The notes beneath the pieces were generated by a model. It ran no database searches. It was not told the DNA's origin and saw only the letters and a list, made by a program, of their open reading frames with translations. A program made the translations under genes and the position numbers. 64,000 nt of DNA from the human T2T-CHM13v2.0 reference genome, Homo sapiens, in assembly GCF_009914755.1 (NCBI RefSeq), contig NC_060935.1; one strand, given 5' to 3'. Shown piece after piece: positions 39,919 to 53,408 of the stretch; position 1 is the first letter of the stretch, and each line of letters starts with the position of its first letter.

Positions 39919-39919
<1 letters not shown>

Positions 39920-40289
39920 ATATATGAATATATTATAACCATTGACTAAGTTAGTATTTAAAATGCAATATGATACATTTGGCTCAAGTTCAAGACACAA
40001 TCTCTACTTTCAAGTAATAAAATAATTACGAAGTAATGAGTTTTGAATACGTATTCACTTTGTTTTTAATAATTTTTAATTTTTATTTTTATTAAAAAAT
40101 AAAAATTGTTTTGCCACAATTTGCTTGCACAAGACCTGAAAAATATAACTATTATCCTTTGAAAGCTGATGTGAAGTTAATACAACACACCACCAGTATG
40201 TAAAGAGACAGTTTATTATATACAAGAATCTGATTATTTAGAAATTCAAAAAGGACACATGGAGGCCAGTCTTCCTCTGTCCTCCTACA

Positions 40290-40653
40290 TCTGGGTCTTC
40301 AGCTAGGGACATGAAATGGTGACAGGCTAGAACAGCTTATCGGCAGGGTCCAGTTCCATCGGGCATTTTCACTCACCTGTCTATGTGGGCTGGGCTCAGC
40401 CGGAACTGTCAGAGCACCTTCTGTGGCTTCTCCACAGTGGCAGTCTCAGGGTAGTCTGATTTCTTACATGGTGGCTCAGGAACACGGCTTTTTCTGATTT
40501 AGTCTCAGAAGTCAATTGGCAACACTTGTCCCACATTCTGTTGGTTGAAGCAGTCCACAAACTCATCCAGATTCAAGAGGGTAGGTACTTGGACGTTTCC
40601 TCTTAGTGGAATAAATATTAAAGAATTTGAAGCCATGTTTGAAAATCGCTACA
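40290..40653 (-). mobile_element. Old MaLR LTR fragment (MLT1F/H-like)
   Basis: TTCTTACATGGTGGCTCAGG, CACATTCTGTTGGTTGAAGCAGTC, CCAGATTCAAGAGGG, terminal AAAATCGCTACA. Confidence 0.65.
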
Positions 40654-42469
40654 CTGTGCATGCAATTTTGTATTCTGCTTTTCCACTTAACATTATACTA
40701 TAAACATGAAATGTCTTTCTTGTAAACATCATTTGAACACCTATTTGGCATGATCTAGCTCTCCTAGCAAAATTTGTCACTCTAGATGCAAATATCAAAT
40801 TATACAGCTATTGAATGGTTTAGGTAGGAAAAATGTAGTGTCTGTTTATATTTCATACAGCAATATATTCATAGTAAGGAATCATGAAAAAATAAAACTA
40901 CTTCATGAACATTTAGCTAGGTAAAATTATTCTCAAAGACCATCTGCATACAGAAATATATATTTTGGCATTTCATTGAAAGTTACAGGGCATATTTAAC
41001 TCCACAAAAGAATATTAGATACTTGTGTGTATTTTAGCAAGTGCAATATAGTATCTTAGAACTACTAAACTGCAAAATTTCTGCTGCATCAGCCAATCCA
41101 TGTTTGTGTCTACAACTTTGTCAAAAGCCAATAAAGCAAAAAAGCTTATTCATCTCGCTGAGGGGTTGTAAGCTCTATTTATTTAAAATGGAGTTCGGAG
41201 ATTGGCTTTTTCCATTTTGATATGAGTCGTGTATCACTTTCATTTAGTGACATCAAATGTTAAGCCTCAGTAAAACTGCCTTATAAGAGAAAAAATATGT
41301 TGTTGACTCAGTGATAAACAATTCCTAGATAAAAGAGGATGCTGGCACTGAGATGAGTTGCATAGATTTTGAAAATTTAAAAAAATCTTCTGACAATATG
41401 TCTACTTTAGAGAAGCTCCTGGTTAGTAGAAAGAAATAATGCCTATTTAAGGATGCTAGACTATGATAAGGTACTATCTTACTTAAAAACCTTGGCTGGA
41501 GTACTTGTCATAACTGGTAAGCTGGAAAGAAACAGGAAACCAAACAAAGGTTTCTAAAGTGGATCTACTTTTAATGACTCTTCCTCCAAATTCATCATTT
41601 TCCTGCAATCCAACTTAGGAATGTTGCTGCTGTCATTGACACATGCTTCATCCTAATTCTCCTTACATAGCTAGTCATTGGGCTGTATTTTTTTTTTTTG
41701 GTCTAAGAAATCTTTTGTCTAAGAAATCTTTTGTATCCATTTCCTTCTCATTTTATAGCAGCCATCTTGCCATCTTAGAATATATAGGAGGATAAATATT
41801 GATTTTTCTGGGGCTGAAATTGCCTTTTTAATGGAATTTAAATGCTTTTAGGTAGAATAGCTTCTCATTAAATCCTTAGCTTTCTCTGTGTTTTAATAAA
41901 TATGGTTGTGTATCAGTATGACCCATAAAGGTATTTGAATTTGTGATGTTTACTATTTAAATAATCTCAGAAATAGTGAAAACTACCTTGGCAATATTTC
42001 TTGCTTTTTCCCAGTCACTCCTCTACACTCTCTGCCATAAACTTTTCACACTAATCCACACTGTTAAAAAAAAAAAAAAAGACAATAAACTTCTTTAAAT
42101 ACCTGCCTTCATATGTCACTCCTCCATTGTACTTATCCTTGATTCATGGTAGTATAATATCAAGTATGTTTTTATACTCTAGTCCTATTAAACTTTTACA
42201 AATACATTTGTTTTCTACCTCATCATGGCCCTTCCACTCAAATCAGACCTGCTGAGCACATGCTTTATACATGCTTCAATTCATGATCTTAAAATACCTA
42301 ATTTTATTTCAATTTAAGGGGTCAAGATAACCTCATCTACCTTGTTCCAGATAGTTTCCAGGGAAAGAAGATAACCAGGCATACTGTATTGTCAGCAGAA
42401 CCTGTGGGTGAAATCACCCTAAAAGTGGTGGCAGGGACATTCCCATAAAAGAATATCCCAAATAGTCCC

Positions 42470-42859
42470 TGAGATGGGGCTGGTTGGGATTCCAAAGAAA
42501 GAAGTACTAAATGTCGCAATTATCAGTCCAAAGCATTTATTAAAGAAACGTACAGAGTGGGCTGCAGAAATCCTTGCAAAAATGTCAAGGGAAAGGAGTG
42601 TTATACCTAGTTATGTTGGCAGCAAGGGGGTCAGGTTATAGAGTTTATATGAGGGTTTAAGGAATTTTATGGCTGAGGGTCAGGGCCAGTTTCTTTCAAT
42701 GTCTTAGGCAACAGCCTAGATACCTTTATCATTGCCTGGGAATGTTCAGGGTTCTGGTTTGCGTTAACCCTGTTGGGCAAATCGTGCAGCTAGCTGCATC
42801 TCAGAATGGCGAAGGAAACAGAAAGAAAGTGGAAGGGGGTACTGGGGGACCCTATAACT
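42470..42859 (-). mobile_element. Probable ERVL-type LTR (family uncertain, LTR47/LTR53-like)
   Basis: GC-richer ~390-bp block with minus-strand TATAAA and AATAAA in LTR order and TG/CA-like ends; family from memory only. Confidence 0.45.
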
Positions 42860-42904
42860 AGACAAGAAGTCAGCCTTTCCAATATCTGAACCACACTGGG
42901 GACA

Positions 42905-43125
42905 GCAGCATGTATGGCCAGAGTCATCTTATTCAATTCCTGGTAACCATCATCCTCTAGGTGCCATCAGCTATTGTCTAGCTGTGACCTTGGGTAAGTT
43001 AACAACTCTAATGCCTCAGTTTCCTCACCTGTGTGATAGAGATAACAATACCATGTATTATTTACAGTTAATCACTATTCAAACAACTCTTAGAATAGTG
43101 CCTGGCATTTAGTAAATATAACTGA
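42905..43125 (+). mobile_element. MIR
   Basis: TAGCTGTGACCTTGGGTAAGTTAAC...GCCTCAGTTTCCTCACCTGT...CTTAGAATAGTGCCTGGCAT. Confidence 0.75.
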
Positions 43126-43753
43126 AGTGTTTGGTGAACAAACACAAGCAGCTGAAATATTTATGAGTGTTCTATATTAAATATTTTTATATCTAGGTTT
43201 CAAATATACTTGATGAATATAATATATATATGTATATAGTACATGTGCATGAATCAGAACAGGAACAGTGCGTAGCAGCCTGAGTCATATACTTTTGTTC
43301 ATACAAGTGGAATTATGAAGCTCAAATGCAGAATCTCTGGGACTGACCCACTTCTGCAGACTGCTTGGTTTAGAATTGACTCTACTTAGGATGCCTTAAG
43401 ACCATACTTACCATAAACAACCCCATTATGTTTCTTTAAGAGTATCATTATTTATAAAATATAAGAAATGAAGAAAGAAGAGGAAAAAGCCCATTTTCTC
43501 TATTTCAATACAGCCTTATCAAAAAGCAGATTCATTCAACCTTTCAAATACTCAGCAAATGGAATCTGAGTACCATCAAGACCTATAAGGTAGGAATGCA
43601 TCTTCAGAACACCTTTTTCTCTAAAAGGGTGCATTTGCCTCAGGGTACTGAATCTTGGTTGCTGACGAATCTATGTTTTCTTTTGTCATTTTAGATTATC
43701 TTATTAAAATAAACAAACCTTAGATATTTTACAATTTACTATTTTGTCTACAG

Positions 43754-44051
43754 GTAATATCATTTTTATAATAATGATATTATAAAAATGTAATATCATT
43801 TTTATAATAATGATATAAAAATGTAATATCATTTTTATAATAATGATATAAAATGTAATATCATTTTTATATTATAAAAATGTAATATCATTTTTATAAT
43901 ATTATAAAAAGTAATATCATTTTTATAATATTATAAAAATGTAATATCATTTTTATAATATTATAAAAATGTAATATCATTTTTATAATATAAAAATGTA
44001 ATATCATTTTTATAATAATGATATTATAAAAATGTAATATCATTTTTATAA
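43754..44051. repeat. AT-rich palindromic minisatellite, 10 copies of 27-36 bp
   Basis: Units beginning GTAATATCATTTTTATA at 43754, 43790, 43823, 43855, 43882, 43911, 43941, 43971, 43998, 44034. Confidence 0.96.
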
Positions 44052-44166
44052 GCCTTTACTAAATTATCTTCCAAATCATATAAAATATTGTTAATTAAAA
44101 TATATAATATAATAAAACACTAGGGAGGGAAAACAAAGGTTTTAAGTGTTTGAAAAATTTGTCATC

Positions 44167-44570
44167 CTTTCTTTCTCTCTCTCTCCCTCCCTCCCTCCTT
44201 CCCTTCCTTCCTTCCTTCCTTCCTTCCTTCCTTCCTTCCTTCCTTCCTTCCTTCCTTCCTTCTTTCCTTCTTTCCTTCTTTCTTTCTTTTGACGGTGTCT
44301 TGCTCTGTTGCCCAGGCTAGAGTGCAGTGGCGTGAATCTCAGCTCACTGCAACCTCCGCCTCCTGGATTCAAGTGATTCTCCTGCCTCAGCTTCCGGACT
44401 AGCTGATATTGCAGGCATCTGCCACTGTGATGGGCTAATTTTTGTATTTTTACTTGAGACACGGTTTCACCATCTTGGCCAGGCTGGTCTTGAACTCCTG
44501 AACTCATGATCTACCTGCCTTGGCCTCCCAAAGTCCTGAGATTACAGGTGTGAGCCACCCCGCCCGGGCT
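44167..44570 (-). mobile_element. AluS with tail expanded into (CCTT)n/(CTTT)n microsatellite
   Basis: Pyrimidine tract 44167-44290 followed by antisense Alu body. Confidence 0.93.
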
Positions 44571-45084
44571 ATTTTCATGTCGATAATATTAGAGTTTTCC
44601 AATAAATGGTACTCATATACACACATAAGATGGATCAAATAATTTGTAGCTCTTTAAGAAAAATTATGTATGTGTGTTTGTATATGTGTGTATGTATTTG
44701 TGTTTCATGACATATAATTGATAGTTATTTTTGTCCCAAATAAATATTTAAAGCTATCATTGTTTGTCATTGCTCTGATTAAAAAAAAAAAATGGCTCCT
44801 ATAGAAGATTACATCTAGTTTGTCTTGTTTATGTACTTGTTCATATTTTTAAATGAAAAAATGATGTATCTGGTAGGAATATAAAAAAATCTAATTTGAT
44901 TATTTTTATTGAATAATAGTTTCACTAGATGGAAAAAGACTAAATTCACTCAAGTTTATTATTCTCCCTTATTTTTCTAACGTAAATGATTTTTAAAAAT
45001 CTGTAGTCTAAATTGAATCAGTGTTAAAACTTAAGAATACTGTGTCTTAAGAATACTACAGATTCACCCAGCTTTTTCACAGAG

Positions 45085-45372
45085 ATAATAATTGATTAAC
45101 AGAACTTTTAGCCCCTAAATTCTCCAAGACGGTTAGGGTGGTAGGGCTTGGAGCCCCAACCCTCTAATCATGCCCTGGTCTTTCTAGTGACCATCACCTA
45201 TCTAGAAGCTATTTAGGAACCCCCAGCCCCTAAATAAAGTGTCTTTCATATGCTAATGAATTGGGTCATTAGCATATGAAAGACTCTTATCACTGGGGAT
45301 TCCAGGGACTTTATGGACCATGTGCCAGAAACCAGAGGCAGAGACCAAGTATGTAATTTTTATTACAGCACA
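45085..45372. mobile_element. MER21-like LTR fragment
   Basis: CCAACCCTCTAATCATGCCCTGGTCTTTCTAGTGACCA and TCATTAGCATA..AAAGAC.CTTATCACT match recalled MER21 consensus. Confidence 0.7.
45241..45284. repeat. Perfect 19-bp inverted repeat, 6-nt loop
   Basis: GTCTTTCATATGCTAATGA-attggg-TCATTAGCATATGAAAGAC. Confidence 0.96.
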
Positions 45373-46271
45373 TAATCACAAATACATACGTATATATGTA
45401 TTTTTTTAACATTGTAGTTCAGAAAAACTAAATGTTATTCTTTTTTAAATGGCTAAAATGGAATTAGCTAATTACAAACCATAAGCAACTTAGACCTAAA
45501 TTAGTCTCTACTCACATAAAAAAATCTCAAAGTCCTTAAATATTTATTTTTACTAAAATATCCCATAGTTTAGGATAGTGCTGTTTTGGCAAACTGCAAC
45601 AATCACTTATGCATTTTTTTTTCTAAGAGAAACTCATTTCATTCTTAAAATGTCTAGGATGACATGCTTTGCTTAGAATATGTGAAAAACCTTGCCTATT
45701 ATACAGAAGAGATGGGCCAAGCTGCATTTCTGAAATGCTGGTGATTTTAAGACTCTTTGGAATTTACAGAGCCTTACTTGTTAAAATGAAATAAGGATCT
45801 ACTTCAGAAGGCAGCAGGCTCTGAGGAGAGTAATACGGAGGATAATGTAGCTTACTTCTTCAGGGAGTTATGCCCCAAGTTCCCAAAATAAACCAGAATC
45901 AGAGCAGTCAGCCCTGCCACTTCATTAAAAATTGCAGGAAATAAGTGGCTTTCCTTAACTATTGTTTTAAAAAATCATTTATGAGAATAGGAATTCTGTC
46001 CCCAGGTGAACATAATTTGACTTCAGAACACTAAAAGTTGCATGATGAGGCTGTAGTTAAAACTAAAGGGAGGGCTTGTTCGTTTGACTTTCTTTTTGCA
46101 AAATCAAATGGTAAATATTTAAAGCATCTATTCAAGTTTCATATCTGAAAAATGGGGGCTAACATAAATTTGCAAGTAGATGTATTTTTTATGTCTGTAT
46201 GTCTTGATACATTGAGTTTTTAGATAAGATGCAGCAAAGGTGCTAGATAGAACTTTACATAGTACGTTAGT

Positions 46272-46433
46272 CAGGGCTTCTTATCCTGGAAAGTAGAAAG
46301 GGTTCTGGTGGGGGTGGTCACAAACACTCAAAATTATATTCTAAATTGTACATAAGTATGTCTTTCTAGGGTGAATTTTACGTTTTTCCTCAGATTCCTC
46401 AAGCGTTCTCGAATATAAAACATTTAGGTCCTT
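46272..46433 (+). mobile_element. MER103-like hAT MITE remnant
   Basis: CAGGGCTTCTTATCCTGG start and CTCAGATTCCTCAAG internal motif; strongly diverged. Confidence 0.45.
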
Positions 46434-46719
46434 GACTCTAAAAAAAAACATTGAAAACATGCCACAGTTTAAATGTTTTGCAGTTAATAAACATGCTTCA
46501 CATCTCTGAAACCTCTACTTTTTTTACTGAGTTCTCATAATCAGCCTCCAGAACTCTGTAATTTCTCAGCATGCAAGTTTAATTTTCAATACTGCATCTG
46601 AAAATAAAATTCCTTGAAATATTTTAGGAAATCCTGGAATTTGTTTATGACTTCATACAGAATCAATTCAATTTTTCTGATTTTTAGTGAAGTTTGATCA
46701 TATGTACTAGGTGGGAAGT

Positions 46720-47190
46720 ATTGTGGCAGTTAAGGCAGCCCAGAGGTCTGGATAAAAACCGTGATTCTAGCACTCACTATCTGTGCAGCCTCAGACAAAT
46801 GATTTGGTCACTCTGTCTTCAGTTTCTTCATTTGTAAAAGAAGAATAAAAACAGAATCAATTCATAGCTCTATTCTGATAATTTAATTACATAATCTACA
46901 TGAAACTCTTTGAAACACATTAAGCATACAATAAATGTTAACTAATAATTATAGCTCATCCCATATATCACTAATATATGCTAGGTGTGCCTCTAAGTAC
47001 TTTAATCTCTTTAACCCTCGTGACTATCTAATGATACAGGTTTTATTGTTATACCTACTTTGCAAATGAAGAAACTGATTCACTAAGAAATCAATCAAGT
47101 AATTTATCCCTAATTATATAGCTCATGAGTGGCAAAGTCAATTCAAACCTAGGCAGTTTGGTGCTAGATACCACATTTAACCACTACGGC
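46720..47190. mobile_element. Two adjacent MIRs in opposite orientation (+ 46720-46945, - 46950-47190)
   Basis: CTCTGTCTTCAGTTTCTTCATTTGTAAAA versus TTTGCAAATGAAGAAACTGA cores. Confidence 0.7.
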
Positions 47191-48429
47191 TTTCTCATAT
47201 TTATATTACCATTGTGTCTTTTACAAAAATTTCACCACGTAGCATACTTGTTATAGTTGATGTATAGGTAGAAGAAATCACAGTCTGAGAATTCTTAGGA
47301 AAATGTACACACTATGTAGACTATACAAAATCATAGTTCTTGGTAATGTACCTGGAGAATTAACTTTGTGTGTGTGTGCTTCCAGAGAAAGTAAATGCTA
47401 GCTAATGTTGATAGAATGTCAATACCAAATATATTTTCTAAAAAAGCAAAGTCATATTTACTTCCATCCTGTAAACCTTTATGTGGAATAACATACACAG
47501 TGTCATTTTCATGTTAATGATGAGAGAAAACACAGTTTAGAGCTAATGAGGGATAGTTATCGGTTATTTGCAGAAGAGAACTAGAGCCAATATTCAACAT
47601 TAGCCAAAGAGAGAATTGAACTGACTCCTAATCTAGTGTTATAATTATTACTACATAAAATGGGTCTGCTTTCAGAATATAAAATGAATATCTCTGCAAA
47701 GAGAAAAAAATTCTGGGTTTTACCTTAGACAAAATTGTGCTACAATGATCAATTTCACCTGCAGATAAAGGAGTGTAAATTATATATTTTCTTGTTCAGC
47801 AGCTATTTTAGGCAATAAAATATGATGGGATATATAACCCACTGGTTTATAAAGAAAAGAATTGAAGAGAAAAATGTGCAAATTGAATATTTTTCAAGAT
47901 GTGCTTATGATAAATGAATCCAGAGGGAAACCCATAGCAGTATAATGATTGCTTAGAAGAAAATAATGTAAATGCCCAATGAAAAATGCAAATTATTACT
48001 TGTTTTAAAGTGATCATTGAATCCCTATAAATGTATAATAAAGCAACTATAAAAAGATACAGAGGAGATGTAAATTTGGTATATAAACTGGCTCTTTAAA
48101 AAATTAAGCACATTTAAAGTATATACAAACAAAACCCCAAAAACTACCAAATCCACATTAATTTATTTCAAACCATGTTGAGAGAACATTATCCTGAATC
48201 TCTTAAAGTGGGTATGTCCTCTCTCATGATAGAAGTTTTTCCCTTTACTTTTATTTTTCCAATTTCAGTTGTTTTGTTCCTTTTCACAAAAGTGTATAGT
48301 TTCCCTTAAAGGTATATGAAGAAAATTTTCTTCTCTCATGCCTCTCTTAACTTTTATGTTAATTCATTTTTGAAGAAAATAGTTTAATTCATATTTTGAA
48401 GAAAATAGTTTACTCTCATTGACTCAGCT

Positions 48430-48880
48430 TTCACAGTCCCCACCTCCTATTGATCTCTTAATGTCTGAAGGGTATTTTCTTCTAGAAAAAAAACTGAAAC
48501 TGTTCTTGCCAAGATTACTTGCAAAATGCCAAATCCAATGGCTTCACCTTTCTATATCTTTCTGCGTAATCTGCTATTTTTGACTACTAAAAATTTCAAA
48601 CCTCTCATCTTTCCAAATCCACTACTTCTGATTCTTACTCTTTTTCTTAACCATCTACCTTATTGTCTTGTTACTTTCACTTCTCCCTATGTTGCTTTCA
48701 AAGCTTTATTAGCCCAAAAGATTGACTTCAGTTGTTCTTATTTACATTCTTTCTTTTGGCAGACTCACTCACATCCATGGCTGGAACTGCCTCAGTTATT
48801 ATTTCAAAACTCACACATCTGTAACTCCAATTTTGACACCTCATTGAGCTCCTAATCCATCATCTCCAATTCTTCCTGTG
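48430..48880 (+). mobile_element. L2 internal fragment
   Basis: CTGAAACTGTTCTTGCCAAG...TGCCAAATCCAATGG, CTCACATCCATGGCT resemble L2 ORF2 region. Confidence 0.55.
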
Positions 48881-51800
48881 CCTACTATCAAGAAAAAAAG
48901 GCCAGCTGATACTGCAAACCCATCTTCCAAAAGATAAATTTGGTTAGTTTAAGATTTGCAGTGTATATTCAACCAATATTCAAAGTAAACATAGTAAAAA
49001 ATTGGTGCTATTGCTTTATCCCTCTATTTCCCTATTGCATTGCCAAAGTTTTTGTGCATGTAGTACAGCTACCAAAAGTAACGCCTGTCACTGTGGGTCT
49101 CTGTGTAACTCTAAACAAGAGCTCCTGATTATATGTAATATTAATTACATGATCTCCTTGGTTCCTATAGGCATTTTATTTTGCAATGACTTCCACAGAT
49201 TAATAAAGACAGTTTCATTGTTGTTCCTTTGCCTCTATGCACACATTCTCCTTAGGGATTTTATTGGAAGAAGTACTGAGGAGGTTTTTCAGCTCCACAC
49301 CTAGACACAAGCTTAAGCACTTGGTAGCTGCCATTGGGATCTCCCTCATTGTTAATAAGTGTGCCTGCCATCAGGGGACCTGTAGGTGGGCCCGCCTGGT
49401 CTGGCTCCATCCATCTTGCCTCTTGCACCCCCATGACTAGGGGATGACCATGAAACTCCAATGACTGTGCATTCCATAAATCAGCCCATTATTTGAGGCA
49501 AAAAAAGAGCTTCTTCCAGTAAAAAAAGAATCAAGTATATACTTTGCCACATTGGCTGCATCCAGCTCTTACTCAGGAATACTATCTATTGACTTGTAAG
49601 TTAAACTGTACAGCCCAACCCAATATAAAACCAACTGAAAGAAGTGCACAGAGCTATAAAAGAAAAGCCAAACGACCCTACCAAACATCCTCTACAGTCA
49701 CAAGTCATGGAGATGGGGGAAGAAAAAGGGAAAGGGAAAAATAAACTAGAATATTATGGAGAAAGAAAGAAAAAATTCCCACCTAAATGAAAATATTTAT
49801 GAAAATTAGAAGTGCCAGCATCTCTAGATAAGAAAGAACCAGTGCAAGAATTCTGGCATCATGAAAAATCTGAATGTAGTGACACCACCAAAGGATCACA
49901 CTAGCTCTCCAGCAATGGTCCCCAACGAAGAAGGAAACTCAGACCTGACAGATAATTCAAAGTATGAATAGCAAGGAAGATCAATAAGATCCAAGAAATG
50001 GTTGAAAATAACATTACTTCTAAATCATTACAGGAAATGAAGGAAGAGATAATCATCATAACAAGAAATCAATCAGAACTTCTGAAATTAAACAATTCAC
50101 TTAAGGAATTTCAAAATACAGTTGGAAGCTTTATCAACAGGCTGGACTAAATAGAAGACAGAATTTCAGAGCTTAAAGACCAGTCTTTTGAACAAACTCA
50201 TTTGGACAAAAATAAAGAAAGAAGAATTTAAAAAAACTGAACAAAGCCTATGAGAAATATGGGATTATATAAAGTGAGCAAACCTAGGAATTTTTGGCAT
50301 TCCTGAGAGAGAAGGAGAAAAAGTAAACAACCTGAAAAACATATTTGAGGGAATGATTCAAGAAAATTTCCCTAACCTTGGTAGAGGTAGGCATCCAAAT
50401 ATAATAAATCCAGAAAACACCTGTGAGATACTAGACAAAACAAACATCACCAAGGCATATAGAGAGTGGACTGCCTGAGGTCAGTGCTAAAGAAGAAATC
50501 GTAAAGGTAGTGGGAGAAAAAGATCATGTAGAAAGGGAACCCCATCAGCATAAAAGTAGACTACCCAGCAGACACCTTGCAAATAGGAGAGACGGGGGCC
50601 AATTTTCAGCATTCTAAAGAAAAGAAATTCGAACCAGAATTTTGTATCCTGCCAAACTAAGCTTCATAAGCAAAGAAGAAATACATTTTCTATCAGAGAA
50701 GTGAGCCCTAAAGGAATTTATTACCACTAGACCAGCCTTAAAAGAGACCCTTAAAAGAGTTCCAAACATGGAAACAAAAGAATGATATCTGCTACCACAA
50801 AAACACAATTAAGTACATAGCCCACAGACTCTATAAAGCAAATATGCAATAGAAACCACAAGCAAACATCTAACAACTTGATGATAGTATCAAAACGTCA
50901 CATATCATTATTAATTTTGAATGCAAGTGGTCAAAACTCCCCCACATTCTAATAATGACAGAGCTGCAATAAAAACAACTCAGAGTTGGAGAAAAAGACA
51001 AAACCTATTCCTCTGCTGTCTTCAAGAGGCCCATCTCACACATCAAGACACACATACACTCAAAGTAAAAAAGCGCAGAAAGATCTATCATGCAAATGGA
51101 AAAAAAAAGAAAGCAGAGGTCACTATTCTTATGTCAGATACAATGAACTTTAAACAAAACATAGTAATAAAGGACTGTTGTAATAACTTTGAGAAAAGGG
51201 CATTACATAATGATAAAGGGTTTGATTTAACAAGAAGACTTAACTCTCCTAAATATATATATGCACACAACACTGGAGCACCAGATTCATAAAACAACTA
51301 CTTCTGGAAATACAGAAAGACTTTAAAGCCACACAATAATAGTGGCAGACTTCAATACCCAATGACAGCATTAGACAGATCAGCAAGGCAGAAAACTAAC
51401 AAAGAAATCCTGGATTTAAATTCACCACTTGGCCAATTGAACCTATTAGACATCAACAGTATACTCCATCCATTAACTGCCTAATATATTCTTCCCATCT
51501 ACACATGGAACATATTTCAAAATTGACCACATGCTCAGCCATAAAGCAAGCCTCAATAAATTCAAGAAAATAAAAATTTTACCAACCAGAATCTTGGACC
51601 ATAGTAGAATACAAATGAAAATTGATACCAAGAAGATCTCCCCAAACCACACAATTGCATGAAAATTAAATTTGCTCCTAAATGACTTTTGGGTAAACAA
51701 TGAAATTAAGGAAAAAATTAAAAAAAAAATTGAATCTAATGAAAACAAAGATAGAGCATACCATAATCTCTAGGAGACAGCTAAAGCAGTGTTAAGAGGA

Positions 51801-53154
51801 AAGTTTATATACTAAGTATCTACCTAAAAAATTAGAAAGATCTCAAACTAATGACCTAACATCAATCCTAGAGGATCTACAAAACCAATAATAAACTAAA
51901 CTCAAACCTAACAGAAAAAAAGGAAAAAACTGAAATCAGAAGAGAACTGAACATAATTAAGACTCAAAAACTCATGCAAAGAATCAATGAAATAAAAAAA
52001 GTGTTCTTTGAAAAAATAAACAGGATTGGTAGAATGCTAGCTAGATTAACAAAAAAAAGTCCAAATAAGCACAATCAAAAACAACAAAGGTGACATTACA
52101 ACTGATCACACAGAAATACGAAAGACCTTAGAGAGACTTTAGAGACTATTATGAACATCTTTATGCACACAGCCTAGAAACTCTAAAGGAAAAACAAAAC
52201 AAGAAAAAAATATATAAAGAAAATCTAGAGAAAATGGATAAACTCCTGGAAACACACAACTTCCCAAAATTGAAATAGGAAAAAAATAGAAACCCTGAAC
52301 AGGCCAATATTGAGTTTGATATTGTATGAGTAATAAAAAAATCTATTAAGCAAAAATAGCCCTAGACCAGATGGATTCACAGCTGAATTCTACCAGTCAT
52401 GGAAAGAAGAGTCGGTACCAATTCTAGTGAAACTATTTCAAAATATCAAGGAGGAGGGATTCCTCCCTAACTCATGTTACAAAGCCAGGATCATCCTGAC
52501 ACCAAAACCTGGCAAAGATACAATGACATAAGAAAACTATAGGCCAATATCACTGATGAACATAGATACAAAAATTCTCAACAAAATACTAAAAAAAGCA
52601 AATCTAGTAGCATATCAAACCGTTCATTCACAGCCATCAAGTAGGCTTCATTCCTATGAGTCATAGTTGTTTCAACATACATAAATCAATTAATGTGATT
52701 CACCACATAAACAGAATTAAAAACCAAACTATATAATCATCCCAATAGATGTTGAAAAAACCTTTGATAAAATCCAACAATCCTTCATGATAAAGGCTGT
52801 CAACAAATTAGCCATTGAAGGAATATGTCTCAAAATAGTAAGAGGCTTCTATGACAAACCCACAAACAACAGCATACTGAAAACTGGAACAAGACAAAGA
52901 TGTTGATTCTCTCCACTCCTATTCAACATAGTACCAGAAGCCCTAGTTAGAGCATTTAGGAAGGAGAAAGAAATGAAAAAAAAAAAAAAAACATCCAAGT
53001 AGGCAAAGTGGAAGCCAAACTATCTCTCTTCAGTGGCGATATAATTCTATACCTGGAGAACCCTGAAGACGGCCAAAAGGCTCCTGGAACTCATAAATGA
53101 CTTCAGTAATGTTTCAGGATACAAAATCAATATGTGAAAATCAATAGCATTTCT

Positions 53155-53408
53155 TATTTTATTTTATTTTATTTTATTTTTTATTGTACTTTAAGTTCTG
53201 GGATACATGTGCGGAATGTAAAGGTTTGTTACATAGTTATACATATGCCATGGTGGTTTGCTGCACCTCTCAACCCATCATCTAGGTTTTAAGCCCCGCA
53301 TGCATTAGGTATTTGTCCTAATTCTCTCCCTCCCCTTGCCCCCCACCCCTGAACAGGCCCCGGTGTGTGATGTTCCCCTGCCTGTGTCCATGTGTTCTCA
53401 TTGTTCAA
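53155..53408 (-). mobile_element. 5'-truncated L1PA8-like 3' end nested in the L1PA16-like element
   Basis: (ATTTT)n tail, TCTAGGTTTTAAGCCCCGCATGCATTAGG; 13-bp TSD CAATAGCATTTCT/CAATAGCATCTCT. Confidence 0.92.

Noticed and set aside
48526-49440. ORFs of 100-109 aa
   Set aside because: No recognisable domain; overlap L2 remnant and L1 5' region; lengths compatible with chance
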